Positions 1-12,800 of a stretch of DNA of 64,000 nt are shown here, one piece after another. This DNA is from Ostrea edulis (taxonomy: Eukaryota). The DNA lies in contig NC_079164.1 in the NCBI RefSeq assembly GCF_947568905.1, positions 21,142,001 through 21,206,000 of the forward strand. Direction: 5' to 3'. How positions within the stretch are numbered: the first letter of the stretch is position 1; the number at the start of each line of letters is the position of its first letter. The notes under the pieces were generated by a model. That model worked only from the letters and a program-made list of their open reading frames with translations, was not told where the DNA came from and searched no databases. The translations under genes were made by a program, and so were the position numbers.

Positions 1-160
1 TAGATGGAGATGAAGGCGTTCCCTGTAGATGGAGATGAGGGCGTTCCCTGTAGATGTAGATGAGGGCGTTCCCTGCAGATGTAGATGAGGGCGTTCCCTG
101 TAGATGTAGATGAGGGCGTTCCCTGTAGATATACATGTAGATGAGGGCGTTCCCTGTAGA
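1..160. repeat. Tandem repeat, ~22 bp unit (TAGATGTAGATGAGGGCGTTCCCTG-like), ~7 copies, truncated by window start
   Basis: Direct reading of repeated GATGAGGGCGTTCCCTGTAGAT units. Confidence 0.95.
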
Positions 161-1749
161 TCTAGATTAAGTACCTCTAAACCTAGAAGTGATTCTATGT
201 ACATAACTGTTACATGTGATTCTATTAAATAATACTGAGATTGTCATCATCATTTTTTTAAAAATAATAAATTTATCAAATATGTTATAACCAGCTTACA
301 AGCAAAATAATAAGTTGAATGAAAGCATAAAAGAAGTTGAGGATTTACCTGCCAAGAAAATCCATGATGGTTTTATTGTATTTCAAATCAACCCTAAAAG
401 ACATGTTCAGGACTATTGGCACGGTGACTCGGGATGCAGGTGTTCTAAAGTACATAATGTTGTATCAAAAGCCATGGTGGTCATAAATCTATTATTATTC
501 GAATTGCTTATAAAAGTAACACTATTAAATGAATACTAGTATTTGTAAATATACCAACATTGGTGACTGTGTTCACATTGGTTCTGGGCATACTCGTTTA
601 CAGAAGGCAACAAATTAAACATCGCCATGAACTCATTGATTAGATGACGTGGGTTCGAGCCTCGCTCATGACAGTCGTGAGTCGTTAAAATAGGAGGGGC
701 TGTTCCTCGTCAGCGTTCACTATCTATAAATTTCTCATAGCTCAAGGTTGAACACACAAATTCTTGTATAATTAGAAATATCACCCACGCAAGTTAAAAC
801 TTTTATTAACCATTCTCAGGATTTTACTACGAAATAACAGTAAAACGTTCTAAGAATAATACCCCCTCCTGTCGTAACAATCAATTTCTTTGTAATCTTT
901 TAATCTGTGCAAAAATAAGCCATAATCACATTCGTTTTGGAAAAAACAACACAACAAACAAACAAACCTCTGCCAAATCAACTGTAAGATAAGATAACTT
1001 TAAAACAACAAAAATTCCCGATACTATCTTTTCTCGATAAACTTCTTTTTCAGGATTATGCTTGCATGCGTGACGAACTTCTTCCACGACATGGGACACG
1101 GCTACTGGTTTTCTCGGAGAGTCTGTTGATGTCAGAGCTATCTTGTTTTGGAAATAAACAGAATAATACATCATATACAAAAGTTCATCCTAACTGAGTC
1201 CCGCTGTCGCAATCTGAGGCTCTGAAGGTTTCCATGCAGTTCAGTGTTGGCATGTTATTTGTTAGCTTGACAATTGAACGCTACGTTTTCGGTCCCTTGT
1301 GACTCTTCTTTGTAAGTTAACAAAATTGCGATTTCGAAGTCATTTATTTAAACATCTTCCAGGTTTCCTTGTTATTGACATATTGTAAGTGATGACTCTG
1401 AAAGAAACATAATCAGTTTATTAGATGTCATTCGGTACCTTCGTGTGGAGAAAAGAGATAATCAAATTCACCGATGCTATTGTGTCAGTATAAATAGTAG
1501 CATACTTGTATATTAATTTTTGGTAAAAGCACCGCATGGCTTACATATTGTTTGTGCAATGAGTGTATCTTTCAATCTCCTGGAAATAAATGGCTCCAGA
1601 TTTCTTTCTTATTTAAATAACTCTGATCTTGAAAGACCATAGTTGAGCCTTACGATGAACTGTCTTGCTCATAATGCAATATGCAATACCAAATATAGGC
1701 TCTCGATGACCTCAAACAAATATTTCTAAAAGATATTTGTCAGCTACCC

Positions 1750-2215
1750 TTACTTTAATCTCGACAGAGATTCGACACGGCTGAATATTTAGACTGACGC
1801 CTTTATCGAGCAGTCCTTCATGCGTAATTCCTGTTTGGACTTCGGTCGGTTCTAGCAATTAATGTGCACTTAGGTAACACTAATGTTTGCTTCATATAAG
1901 TTATTTGAATATTAAAGTAACTTTCTATCACTATTACTTTTCTATTGTTTACCGTCTAGGTATGAAAATCCCAAAATGAAAACAGTTCAGTATAGTTTCC
2001 GTTCAAATGAGGACTCCCTTGATGGACTTATTTATCTCCTGATATTGAAGAGTCTACTGATATACGGTAGGTATGGGCAGTTACAAGTAAAGACAGACTA
2101 TAGGAACTCTGAATGTAAATTTCCAGACATGAATTATAAAGGACTGTTCCGAGATTCGGTGAAGACGTCAACTCGTCCAAATATCCAGCCTAGCCGAATA
2201 TCAGCTGGGATTACC
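1750..2215. mobile_element. Old degenerate inverted-repeat element (MITE relic)
   Basis: Reverse complement of ~1755-1830 (GAAGGACTGCTC..AAGGCGTCA..AAATATTCAGCCGTGTCGAATCTCTGTCGAGATTA) resembles ~2137-2212 (AAAGGACTGTTC..AAGACGTCA..AAATATCCAGCCTAGCCGAATATCAGCTGGGATTA). No TSD found. Confidence 0.45.
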
Positions 2216-3581
2216 TTTACCCTGGGTACGTGACATTAATCCAAAGTCATGACACAAAATCTTATCATAATCAGTCTTTGTAACTTAGTATAAGAATTTC
2301 ATTGGTAAAAATAAACAATCAGTTAGTTTTTCCCCAAAAGGGGTGTACATTTATAAAGGGTGTACATGTACACACGATAAGCTTACAAGGCAAGCATCGC
2401 TATGTTTATCGAACTTCATGGATTATTAATAATTCAAATATAATATGCAACAATTAGCTGGGAAAACAATAATACATCGAGATATCAGTAATTAATGTTC
2501 TATCTCTAAGAGCGTTTGAAATGCGCGCTCTTATTCAGCTGAAGAAACCATCAATTACAACACCATGCTAACAAACTCAAATAACTGGAACGCTGTCTAG
2601 TGTATTAATAAATATCAAAGAAATACACATGTCTTTTAATTACTCGTAGATGTCTTCAAAATGTTTCATTTCATGCTCTCTCTATTCGAGAACACCCTAG
2701 TTAATCGGAGTCTTAATAAACCTGCCTAATCCGACACCCGTGTAATCCGTTTCACTGAATATCTCAACCTTTATTTTATTGCCAGTTTCCTAATCCCATG
2801 TTCTTTACCCAGTGTAATGCGAAAGCTTGTCTTATTCAACCAAAAAAAAAAATTAAAAAAAAAAATCCCAGACCATGCTGGGTTGCTGTTTCTCTTAAGA
2901 AACAAGGAGTAAGAGTTTTATAGTTTAAATTGATCTCCATTTGAATTAATTAACCTCTAATCTAAATAGAGATAGTTTCGATTTAATTAAAATAGTTGTA
3001 ATTCAGTTCGAGACGACCAATTCAAAAAGAACACGCTCTACAGGAATTACAGAGAACATGAATCCAGCTAATGTATTCGAGATGTGTTCAAATGAAGGAA
3101 AGATCTTTTTAATTTGAATGTGAGAATCTGTAATTCAATTAAAAATATCTAAAACAACCGTCAATGTATTCAAAACAGTTGAAGATATCTCTAATTATTT
3201 GGATATATTCTCAATAATTAAACAGGGCAGCAATTACTTGAATAAAGGTTAATTTGGTAAGTTGGCCAAACATAATTTTTGCGAAAGTCCAATTTATTCA
3301 TTAAACACACCTGTTCGATATGTACGGAGTAATAAAATAATTTTACGAGAACCTGATTTTTGCGTCACGGCGCCGGCAGCCTCGAAAATTTACTAAAAAA
3401 TAAAAAATAAAAGATAATCTATAGTAATGCATATTCATTGTTTATAATCATTAGAACATCTGTTTTATACTTGCACGTGTACATTCAAAGCATGTACTCG
3501 AGTGAAAATTCTCAAATGGAGCGCACAACAACCTACAGCATAAAAAAACAATACATGTACATTCAAAGATGTACTGTATTT

Positions 3582-3671
3582 CACAGGGGCTAAGCCGGTT
3601 TTGAGCCGAACCCATTGTAGCCATATGTATGGTTATAATGAGTTTAGGGTCAAAACGGGCTTAGCCCTGTG
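3582..3671. mobile_element. 90 bp MITE with CACAGGG termini and 8 bp TSD
   Basis: TIRs CACAGGGGCTAAGCCGGTTTTGA / TCAAAACGGGCTTAGCCCTGTG; direct repeat CTGTATTT at 3574-3581 and 3672-3679. Confidence 0.8.
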
Positions 3672-4165
3672 CTGTATTTGGTTACATCGAGGAACTAAAC
3701 TTCTCCCTAAGAGTACTGTATATCAGTGTGGTTTAGTTTGCACACGGTCCAAATGTCGAACTCTTGGTTAATGAACATATTGTAGAGCATCGTAGAGGAT
3801 ACTCATTCTATTAATTGCGTGTCCCTCCGCAGAACTTTTTTGTTTTGGGAAAAGTAAAAAAGCAGTGGGTATCCATACCAATTACTTTAGCATTTTCATC
3901 TAAAACCACAACGGAATTGGTCGTGAAACTTGTGTGTCATTTCTTCCGTTTGAATATTAATCTACATTAATAGCGTGAATATTGAACAAATACTCCATGG
4001 GCTTCACTACAAGTGCGTACTGGCGGTATCGTAAGTAAATGAGATCCCACATGAGAGATGGAATATAACTGCAGGTGAGCTGCATTTCCATGACAACTCT
4101 GTCAAATTTGTTTCTCTCATATATGTAAGGACTGATTGCAGTGTGGTGACTTGCCATATCTAGGA

Positions 4166-4910
4166 ATGGAGAACTGTGCTTTCCAACCCCCGCCAAATGA
4201 CGGTAAGTCTAATTTCTTTCCTCATGATCAATGTAAAGAAATGTGAGTTTGGAGAAAATGATTGATACATATCTTACCATGTGAAAGATGAATCTTACAT
4301 TCCACCCACCGCCTCTTCCTGATTGTCTCCATATGAGTGAGAAATTCTCGAGAGGGACGTTAAACAATATATAATCAATCAATCTATCTATATTTCTGTT
4401 TGTAAAGTAGAAAATACAACATCAATTTTACAGAATTAAACGACATTCATTCAATTCGAGAGAGAAAAAAACCCATAGAAACTATTGATGCCTTTATATA
4501 ACAATCTGCCTCTACACAGTAACCAATATGACCTTGTGTAGTGTACGATGTACATGTGCATTTCATACGTGTAATGTATAAACTATCGCTTTATCCTACA
4601 CCCGATGGATCATATTGTTCCAAAATAACTTCATGTTTTTGTTACACTCTTTTAACTCGCTTTATGAAGTATACTGGCCGACCGGCGTGAAGCGTTGCAA
4701 TTCATAACTTCATGAATGTTCAAAAGTTGAATTAATTTCTTATATTCATATTCTGGTCTACGTACTATATTCATCAAGTAGTTCTATATTCATACGCGCA
4801 TTATTTACAACTTCTGCGAGTTCATGAGGAAATGGCTATATATACAATTTTTAAAAAAGATATCAAAGGTAGATTGATAGTATATTGCTTAACGTCCTTC
4901 TCGAGAATCC

Positions 4911-4941
<31 letters not shown>

Positions 4942-5185
4942 TGAAGGGCTGCAAAATTTAGACCTATGCTCGGCGTTTACGGACTTTGAGCAGGAGGGAT
5001 CTTTATTGTGCCACAATTGCTGTGACACAGGACCTCGGTTTTTGCGGTCTCATTCGAAGGACCGCCACATTTAGTCGCCTCTTACGACAAGCAAGGGGTA
5101 CTGAGGACCTATTGTAACCCGGATCCCCATGGAAAAGATATCAAAAGCAAAAACATTGGATTGTTTGTTTGTTTTACGCCCGGTT

Positions 5186-5216
<31 letters not shown>

Positions 5217-8200
5217 AGCTGTAGGTGAAGTACCACAAATATAGGCTTATGGTTAGCGCTCAGAGCCGTAGCAGTAGGGTTCTTTAACATGCCAACGCCT
5301 GCCGCGACATGGAACCTCCGTTTTTAAGGTCATATCCGAAAGACCCGTGATTCTCACTTCTAAATGCCGAGCGTTTGGCGAAGGAGCAATCACTACCTAT
5401 GTTAACGTCTTAGGATTGGCACGAGCGGGACTTGAACTCACGAAGCGAACGCTCTACCACTGAGCTACCGTAGTTAAAAATCCACCTATGACGTCATTCT
5501 TTTGTTCGAACGGTCCATTATTGTCCGGAATGGAGAGTATCAGACAACTACTTAGTGATGTTCTGTTGAGTTAAATTTGATTTTTTTTTTATGAACAAGT
5601 GCCCCCTAATCCGCCTCTGTCTCTATGGAGCTTTTCAACAACATAAATAATAATCTTAAGTTTCAAATTAAAACCCAAGACACAGATGAGAGATCAAGAT
5701 TTTCCACATCTATCCACGGAGCCACTGATGACACTGACAACCTTGAAAAAATCAAACAACAGAGGTTGCATTTGACAAAACTTTTTACTAATATTATATA
5801 ATTCTGATATATAATTGTATTTTTAAATTTATTGAAAGAATTTCCTAGTTGAGTTACAATTATAGCTAGATTGAACTGGGGGCGGATTTCAAGTCGGTCA
5901 ATATCCTCGTTCCTCTCCATTCCTTAAAGCAATGGACCTCGGCCCCTTAGGGACCTCGGCTCAATTACTTTTAAGGAATGGAGAGATACTTGGACATGAC
6001 CTATACGTAATGTAGTCCACATTATTCATTTGATAATGAAAACACCCAGTGGCGGATTTAAGGGAGGGGCGCAGCTGGAGCGCGCTCAACCCCCCTCCTA
6101 ATTTTTTTTTAATTAAGGTAAATCGTGATCACTTGTTTAGAAAAATATGAACGATAAAAGAAGCAATATTTTCTTCCGCTCTTGGAGAAATAAATGACAA
6201 AATCTTTTGATTTACTGAATGATTTTTATTGGGAGAACTTACATTTTTTTTAAAAAAAACCCTTAAAATTTGCGTCATTTTATTAATTTCACCATAAGAA
6301 TGGCAGAAAATTGTAAAAGTGACTACTTAGGAGGCATATTTTAAGCCCTGTGAAATCTGTAAAATCCATGAGCTCCCGGGGGCTTAGCCCCCTGGCCCCT
6401 ACCATGGCTTCCGCCCTAGACCCACTGGGGGCCTCAAGGCGGCCCACAGACCCCCTGCCTCATAAACTTGCGCCCCCTCCCCCCTAACCGCAATTCCTGG
6501 ATCCGCCCCCGACACTTGTGCATTTTGCTGGCTTTAATGTAATTCTTAGCGTTTTCTGAACTCTGATCGGTACAAACTAGGATATGAAATTTATTATGTA
6601 TAATCTGGTTTGGTATGGGGATACCCCCTGACAGCTAGCGGCCGGAAATACTTTTTAAAATATTGTTAAGTTGTATGCCATTTATGAAATAGAAAATCAA
6701 CGTGAACACTAAGATGCAGATTGTTTTCTCGGTATCAAACAAGACGCAGGAGTGTAAACTAACAAACCAGGTTATACCGAATGAAATGCCTCAAAGTCAA
6801 ATTCATCCCATAAATACTGTTATTTTAAGAAACATCATTTAAAGGAACAATATCTAGAATTTCATAAGATACGCAGGTTTCCTTCAATTATTGGATCTGT
6901 TGGGAAAATATCATCTAAAACAGCACCTACCTCTTGAAATTGACCATTGTCACATCTCCAATAATATACATGTACATGTAACTAGTTCTTTTAGAATTTA
7001 AACATCTGATATTGGAATTCTACCGTTGTTGTTTGACAAATGAAGGAAATCAGTATTCATGCATATTTGTATGCGGAATATAGACATTTGAAAATGTTGA
7101 AAAATAAAGCGTCTGAACCACATTTAATCAACGGTAAATGATGTTTTAAACAGGTCATGGCACAATATACACTGTGATGTTAGCCATGAGACATCGTCGG
7201 AATAGTCGGATTAATTTGTGGTTCATGTAAAACTGAAAAGAAATGCAAAGTCTTTCCAGCATTGTTTTTAACTTTTCAATGAGTAATTATTTAGTGTTTG
7301 TTGTTTTCACGTGGTAAAGTTCCCAGTAATCCCTATTGGTATTCAATTCAAAGAGACAAAAATCTCGGAAAGCCTTTTAAAAAACATTATATCATTATCA
7401 CTTGTATGATTTATTTGCAGAAAATCGATCTATCATGGGAAAAGTAAAACAATATCAAAATGAATGACGTCAGACGTGTGCAATTTTAAGTTGGAAGATG
7501 ATGTCGGGTTATCTCTTGTGCATTGTGGCAGTAAATTTGTTGTCTTCAGGGCAGCGTAACATGACATACTACTGTCTCGCCGTTTAAAGCATAAATGATT
7601 GAAATTCACTTTAGCAACAAGTGAGTGTGTCAATTTCAATTACTCTGTGTTCGACGTTGCAAAGACGAGTTTGAGTCTTTTGAGTAACGGCAACACCTTA
7701 TTCGGACGGACGGGCATTACGATTACCTTAATGTACGTTGTAAATATAAGACTTGTTAGGCGCGTTTGGTTGTGTTTCATGTTGACATCTTGATGTTGTC
7801 CTCAAGGAGTACAAATGCTTCTAAATTATTTTAATTTGAAGAGCTTATACTATCATCTATTTCGCAACAGCACATTAATAGATTCTATCGTAGGAAAATC
7901 TTTTATACCGGTACATGTATTCGGTTATATAATACTAAGACTTTCAGCACGTGGGTTCCCTTTCAAACATAATCTTTGTCATTATATCACTTCTTTGTAA
8001 AATTAGATTTAAACAGATTAAGAAATGTTTCCTATAGATGCATGTAAAATGAATTTTGATTTGCTTCCTATGGGAATACACGATCACCTAACGGGTGGAT
8101 CCAGACATTTTTCGAAGGGATGGGCGTGGCCCAATTTTCTGCCTTTTCCGCCTAAAGGAGAGGATGTTGACCCCAAAATGGCAAATTAAATACTTGTATA

Positions 8201-9752
8201 AATTTTCTTGTTATAAATGTGCAACCCCCATACCCCTCCCCCAGATCCGCCTAATGTTTGTCTCAAAAATACTGTTTAGTAAAACAATTTCAATTTACTT
8301 ATCAACCATGATCGACTAAGTTTAACCTTATAAGTTTGGAATACCTCGAATGATTTGAAAACGTAGTCAAACTAGCATACACCTAAACGGTGTACATTGT
8401 ACATTGTATTCAATGAAAAGTTATGACTGAACCCGCAGGGGACACTCTCCTCACGAGTAAGGTTTAAATATCGATTAGCAAATCTATACTAAAAACGTTT
8501 GCAAGAAATATCAAATAAATAATTAAAATACGACTAAAATATTTCTGATTTCATGCAATATCTGCAATTAAAGCCCCCACAGATTAATATAGATAATGTT
8601 TTATTACGAGGTGAAACGATAGTGATTATCATTTTTAAAGCTCTTAAAGCCTAGATTTCTCACCACATCAAAAATTCATGACTTGTTATTTCTTTTCTTA
8701 TGCAAAGTTATTATCAAGTGCTCTACCAACTGTAACTACCTTCCTCCCAGAGTATATCGTGCAAAACTCCTAGAATACAAGAGTACTTCATTAAAATCTC
8801 GTAGAAGAATATATTGTTCAAGACTCTGAAGGGAGTATATTATTCTACCACGGTCATTGCAAGGAACCCCGCGGTCATTATTCTACCATATATACCTTCA
8901 TACTGATTATGAGAAAATTGATACACATCTCGCTTGCACCTCGAGTTTTGCTAATGCAACAATAAAGTCGATGACTGATAATTCATTTTTATAATCATAA
9001 AAATCAATCAATATATGTTGTAAAACAAATTCATAAATGATTGAGGAACATTCGTCATTCAGTATAAACCAAGTGAACCATATGAGGTGCACCGAGTTGG
9101 GGACATTCTGCGTTTTTCAGTATTGAAGGGAGTCCTAGATTACATACATTAGTTTTGTTTGTACTCGTATTTTCTTTAAGTCCCGTTCGAAATTTTCCAC
9201 TCGTGTTGAGACATTACCAGTATTAGGTAAAGCGCCATAAATTTTGACACTATGGAAGTAGCAGCAGGGATTCGTTATCATACCAGCGTCTTCTGTGATA
9301 CAAGACCTCCATTTTCAAGGTCATATCCGAAGGGTTCTTTATCGTGGCAACACCTAGGCTACTGCGACACGGTACCGAAAAAACCGTGACTTACCGCCTT
9401 AATGTCGGGCGTTTGGCGATGGAACCTACACTGCATGCTACACGTCTTCAGTCTGACGCGGCGCTTCACAGTAGTATTGCGAAATACAATAATACAACGA
9501 ATTATCTCACTTAGATTGCTACAATTACTTGCAAATTACAGTAAGCAATCTCTGATATTCCCCCTGTAAATTAAAACAAAATGTATAATTTCATGCAATT
9601 TCGCTGAAAATGTAGGCATTTTACGAAAGTATATGGAATTTTCTGTCCCTAGTCATTTTGTTATGATTTGCGAAATGTTCATTCATTCGAGGATAGCTAC
9701 ACGGTATATACGATTATTACATATCCAGCCACACTTTCGGCACCCCCCTTTT

Positions 9753-9803
<51 letters not shown>

Positions 9804-12800
9804 GTCCAAACTTGCATTTTTGCAAAATAGAATAGTAATCTATCTATTAACGTGATGTAATAATAGACAGAGTTTTTATTTCGTATGGAGTGCTTTTCTT
9901 TGGCTTCAGCTTTCGGTTTAGTACAATGTGTTATGAAACATTTCTCCGGCAGTCTATCAGCTCAATCTTGACTGAAAATCAAATATTGCTGCCATGAAAA
10001 TGGACGAGCCTGTCAGCTGTGGACTCAACATTTCATAAACATGTAAATGCATTGTCCTGGTTACAATACCTTAAATCCTTCCCTTAAGCTATATATATAT
10101 ATATAATTTCCTCTTCTTATTTATACAAATGCAAATGCTTGATTGTGTTTAAGGATTGGTGTATTGTAACGCCACGTTTGACGATCTTCAGTGCTGGAAC
10201 TACACTCTTGCTGGTACCACTGCCTTCGGGGCCTGTCCCAAAGAACATAAATATTCTTACCTGTTCACAAATCCAAAAGGTATGACCATACTGATAAGTT
10301 ATCGTTGAATTGTTTATTACTTACATGAGTTTGACCCACATTCTCGGTGACACCCTCCCCTTTATTTGTGTATGCAAAACGATATCCTGTAAATGTGTGG
10401 TTCTTCAATTTCCAGTGACATTTAGCGCTTCAGTGATACAGACGTTCATTGATTTAGATATGTGGAAAACGAACGATAGTAAATAGATGCTCTAGACATG
10501 GAATTTACGCATTTACATTATTTTACATTATCTTATTTACGGTAATAGCAAACCTCCTGGGTCAGCGAAAACAGTTCGTTATAACCAAACTTCATTACAT
10601 GTGTACTCCAATAAAATGTTCGTTGTTTTCCTTTCATAGAGAAATAAACATCACTTTGCAATAGTGTAAATTCGTTTTAAAAGTGTTCGTTACAAGCGTG
10701 TAATACTGTATTTTAGTTTTGTAATCAGAATAAGAGGGGCGGATCATTAGGAGTGTGGATCCAAACGTTATCTGCGTGTTACACAAATGCATACATTGGA
10801 TACATAGACATTAGTACATTATAACATATAGGTCATTCATACTTGTATAGCAATATAGAATGTTGTGTACGAATTTGTATTTCTTAAGACTTCTAATCTA
10901 ACAAGCCAACACGGTGATGCATGGTGATGATGATTTGAGGTGATGATGATTTTAGGTGTTGATGATTTTAGTTTATGATGATTTAACATGTAGGTGTTGA
11001 TGATTTTAGGTGTTGATGATCTTAGGTGATGATGATCTTAGGTAATGATGATTTTAGGCGATGATGATTTTAGTTTATAATGATTTAACATGTAGGTGTT
11101 GATGATTTTAGGTGTTGATGATCTTAGGTGATGATGATCTTAGGTAATGATGATTTTAGGCGATGATGATTTTAGTTTATGATGATTTTAGGTGATGATG
11201 ATTTTAAATGATGATGATCTTAGGTGATGATGATTTTAGGTGTTGATGATTTTAGTTTATGATGATTTAACATGTAGGTGTTGATGATTTTAGGTGATGA
11301 TGATTTGAGGTGATGATGGTGTTAGGTGATGATGATTTTAGGTGATGATAATTTTAAGTGATGATGATCTTAGGTGATGATGATTTTAGGTGATGATGGT
11401 TTTAGGTGTTGATGATTTTATTTTATGATGATTTAACATGTAGGTGTTGATGATTTTAGGTGATGATGATCTTAGGTGATGATAATTTTAGGTGATGATG
11501 ATTTAACATGTAGGTGTTGATGATTTTAGGTGATGATGATCTTAGGTGATGATGGTTTTAGTTGATGATGATTTTAGGTGATGATGATTTAACATGTAGG
11601 TGTTGATGATTTTAAGTGATGATGATCTTAGGTGATGATGGTTTTAGTTGATGATTTTAGTTGATGGTGATTTTAGTTTATAATGATTTAACATGTAGGT
11701 GTTGATGATTTTAGTTTATTATGATTTAACATGAAGGTGTTGATGGTTTTAGGTGATGATGATCTTAGGTGATGATGATTTTAGGTGATGATGATTTTAG
11801 GTGATGGTGATTTGAGGTGATGATGATTTTAGGTGATGATGATTTTAGGTGATGATGATTTTAGGTGATAGTGATTTTAGGTGATAGTGATTTTAGGTGA
11901 TGATGATTTTAGGTGATGATGATATTAGGTGATGATGGTTTTAGGTTTCTCTAAACGGAAGTGTTCTGCGTCGGGTAGATGGGTACGGAAGAACTACACG
12001 AAAGAATTCCTGATCACAGATTACAGTCCTTGTGGTTCGCTACCCTTGGATGAAAACAACAAACAAGAGGTAATGTGTCGGGGTGCAATCCGCTCATGTG
12101 CTAAGTACCACGTACAGGGTAAACAAAGTCAATGGAACCTACGTTATATATATATCAGATTGAGGGGGGGGGGGGGTAATGCTAAATGTAATGGGAATGT
12201 TTAGAAATCAAAGCAACGCTAGTAATGTATAACCTTCCCCAGAAAGGTAGTGTATGTGATTGGTAATTTAATGCACTACTTCTAGAAATGTACTATAAGC
12301 TAACAATATGTGGCATTACATAACATACAAACAGACATGGAAATAATTTTAGCCTTCCTAATGATATTATCAGACTTGAAATATTTACATTTTATTTTTT
12401 GATAGGTATAAATTTTGAAAAATGAATAAAATGTATTAAACAATTACGCTTTTATCTATCAACCCTTTTAGGCTCCTTTATTTTCAAAAAATTCTTCATA
12501 ATAAAAACAATATGTTATGTCAGGTATCTGGAATCATTTAGGATTCAGCTGTTCTACCTTAGCAATTATAATATATACTACTCAAAATTTGATAAGGATC
12601 ACTAGGTTATATGTGTGTAATTTACCACTAACATAACAAAAGAGATAAATTTGACTCAGAAACGTGTTTACTCAGGTTATGAATGAAAATTCATGAACGG
12701 CATGGACTTTTATCAATACGGAATGCTTGAAATATGATAACAACACCAAAAGGCATTTCATTACAAAAAGTTAACAGCAGACCAGAGAAAGAATTACACA

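Noticed and set aside
1976-2233. 85 aa ORF ending near a donor-like GTACGT
   Set aside because: Overlaps one arm of a degenerate inverted repeat and has no recognisable motif.
3974-4074. Possible GPCR ECD-helix exon (VNIEQILHGLHYKCVLAVS*VNEIPHERWNITA) with a phase-compatible donor
   Set aside because: Contains an in-frame TAA at 4032-4034, and the 4142/4166-4202 exon gives an open model. It may be a 5' UTR exon or a dead alternative exon; cDNA is needed to decide.
5420-5470. tRNA-like sequence (also at 40420-40450)
   Set aside because: Has A/B boxes but no full cloverleaf and continues into a SINE body, so it is a SINE head.
7498-7735. Signal-peptide-like MMSGYLLCIVAVNLLSSG with a following short ORF
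   Set aside because: Weak donor, implausibly short intron, and no cysteine pattern or phase that links convincingly to exon 10154.
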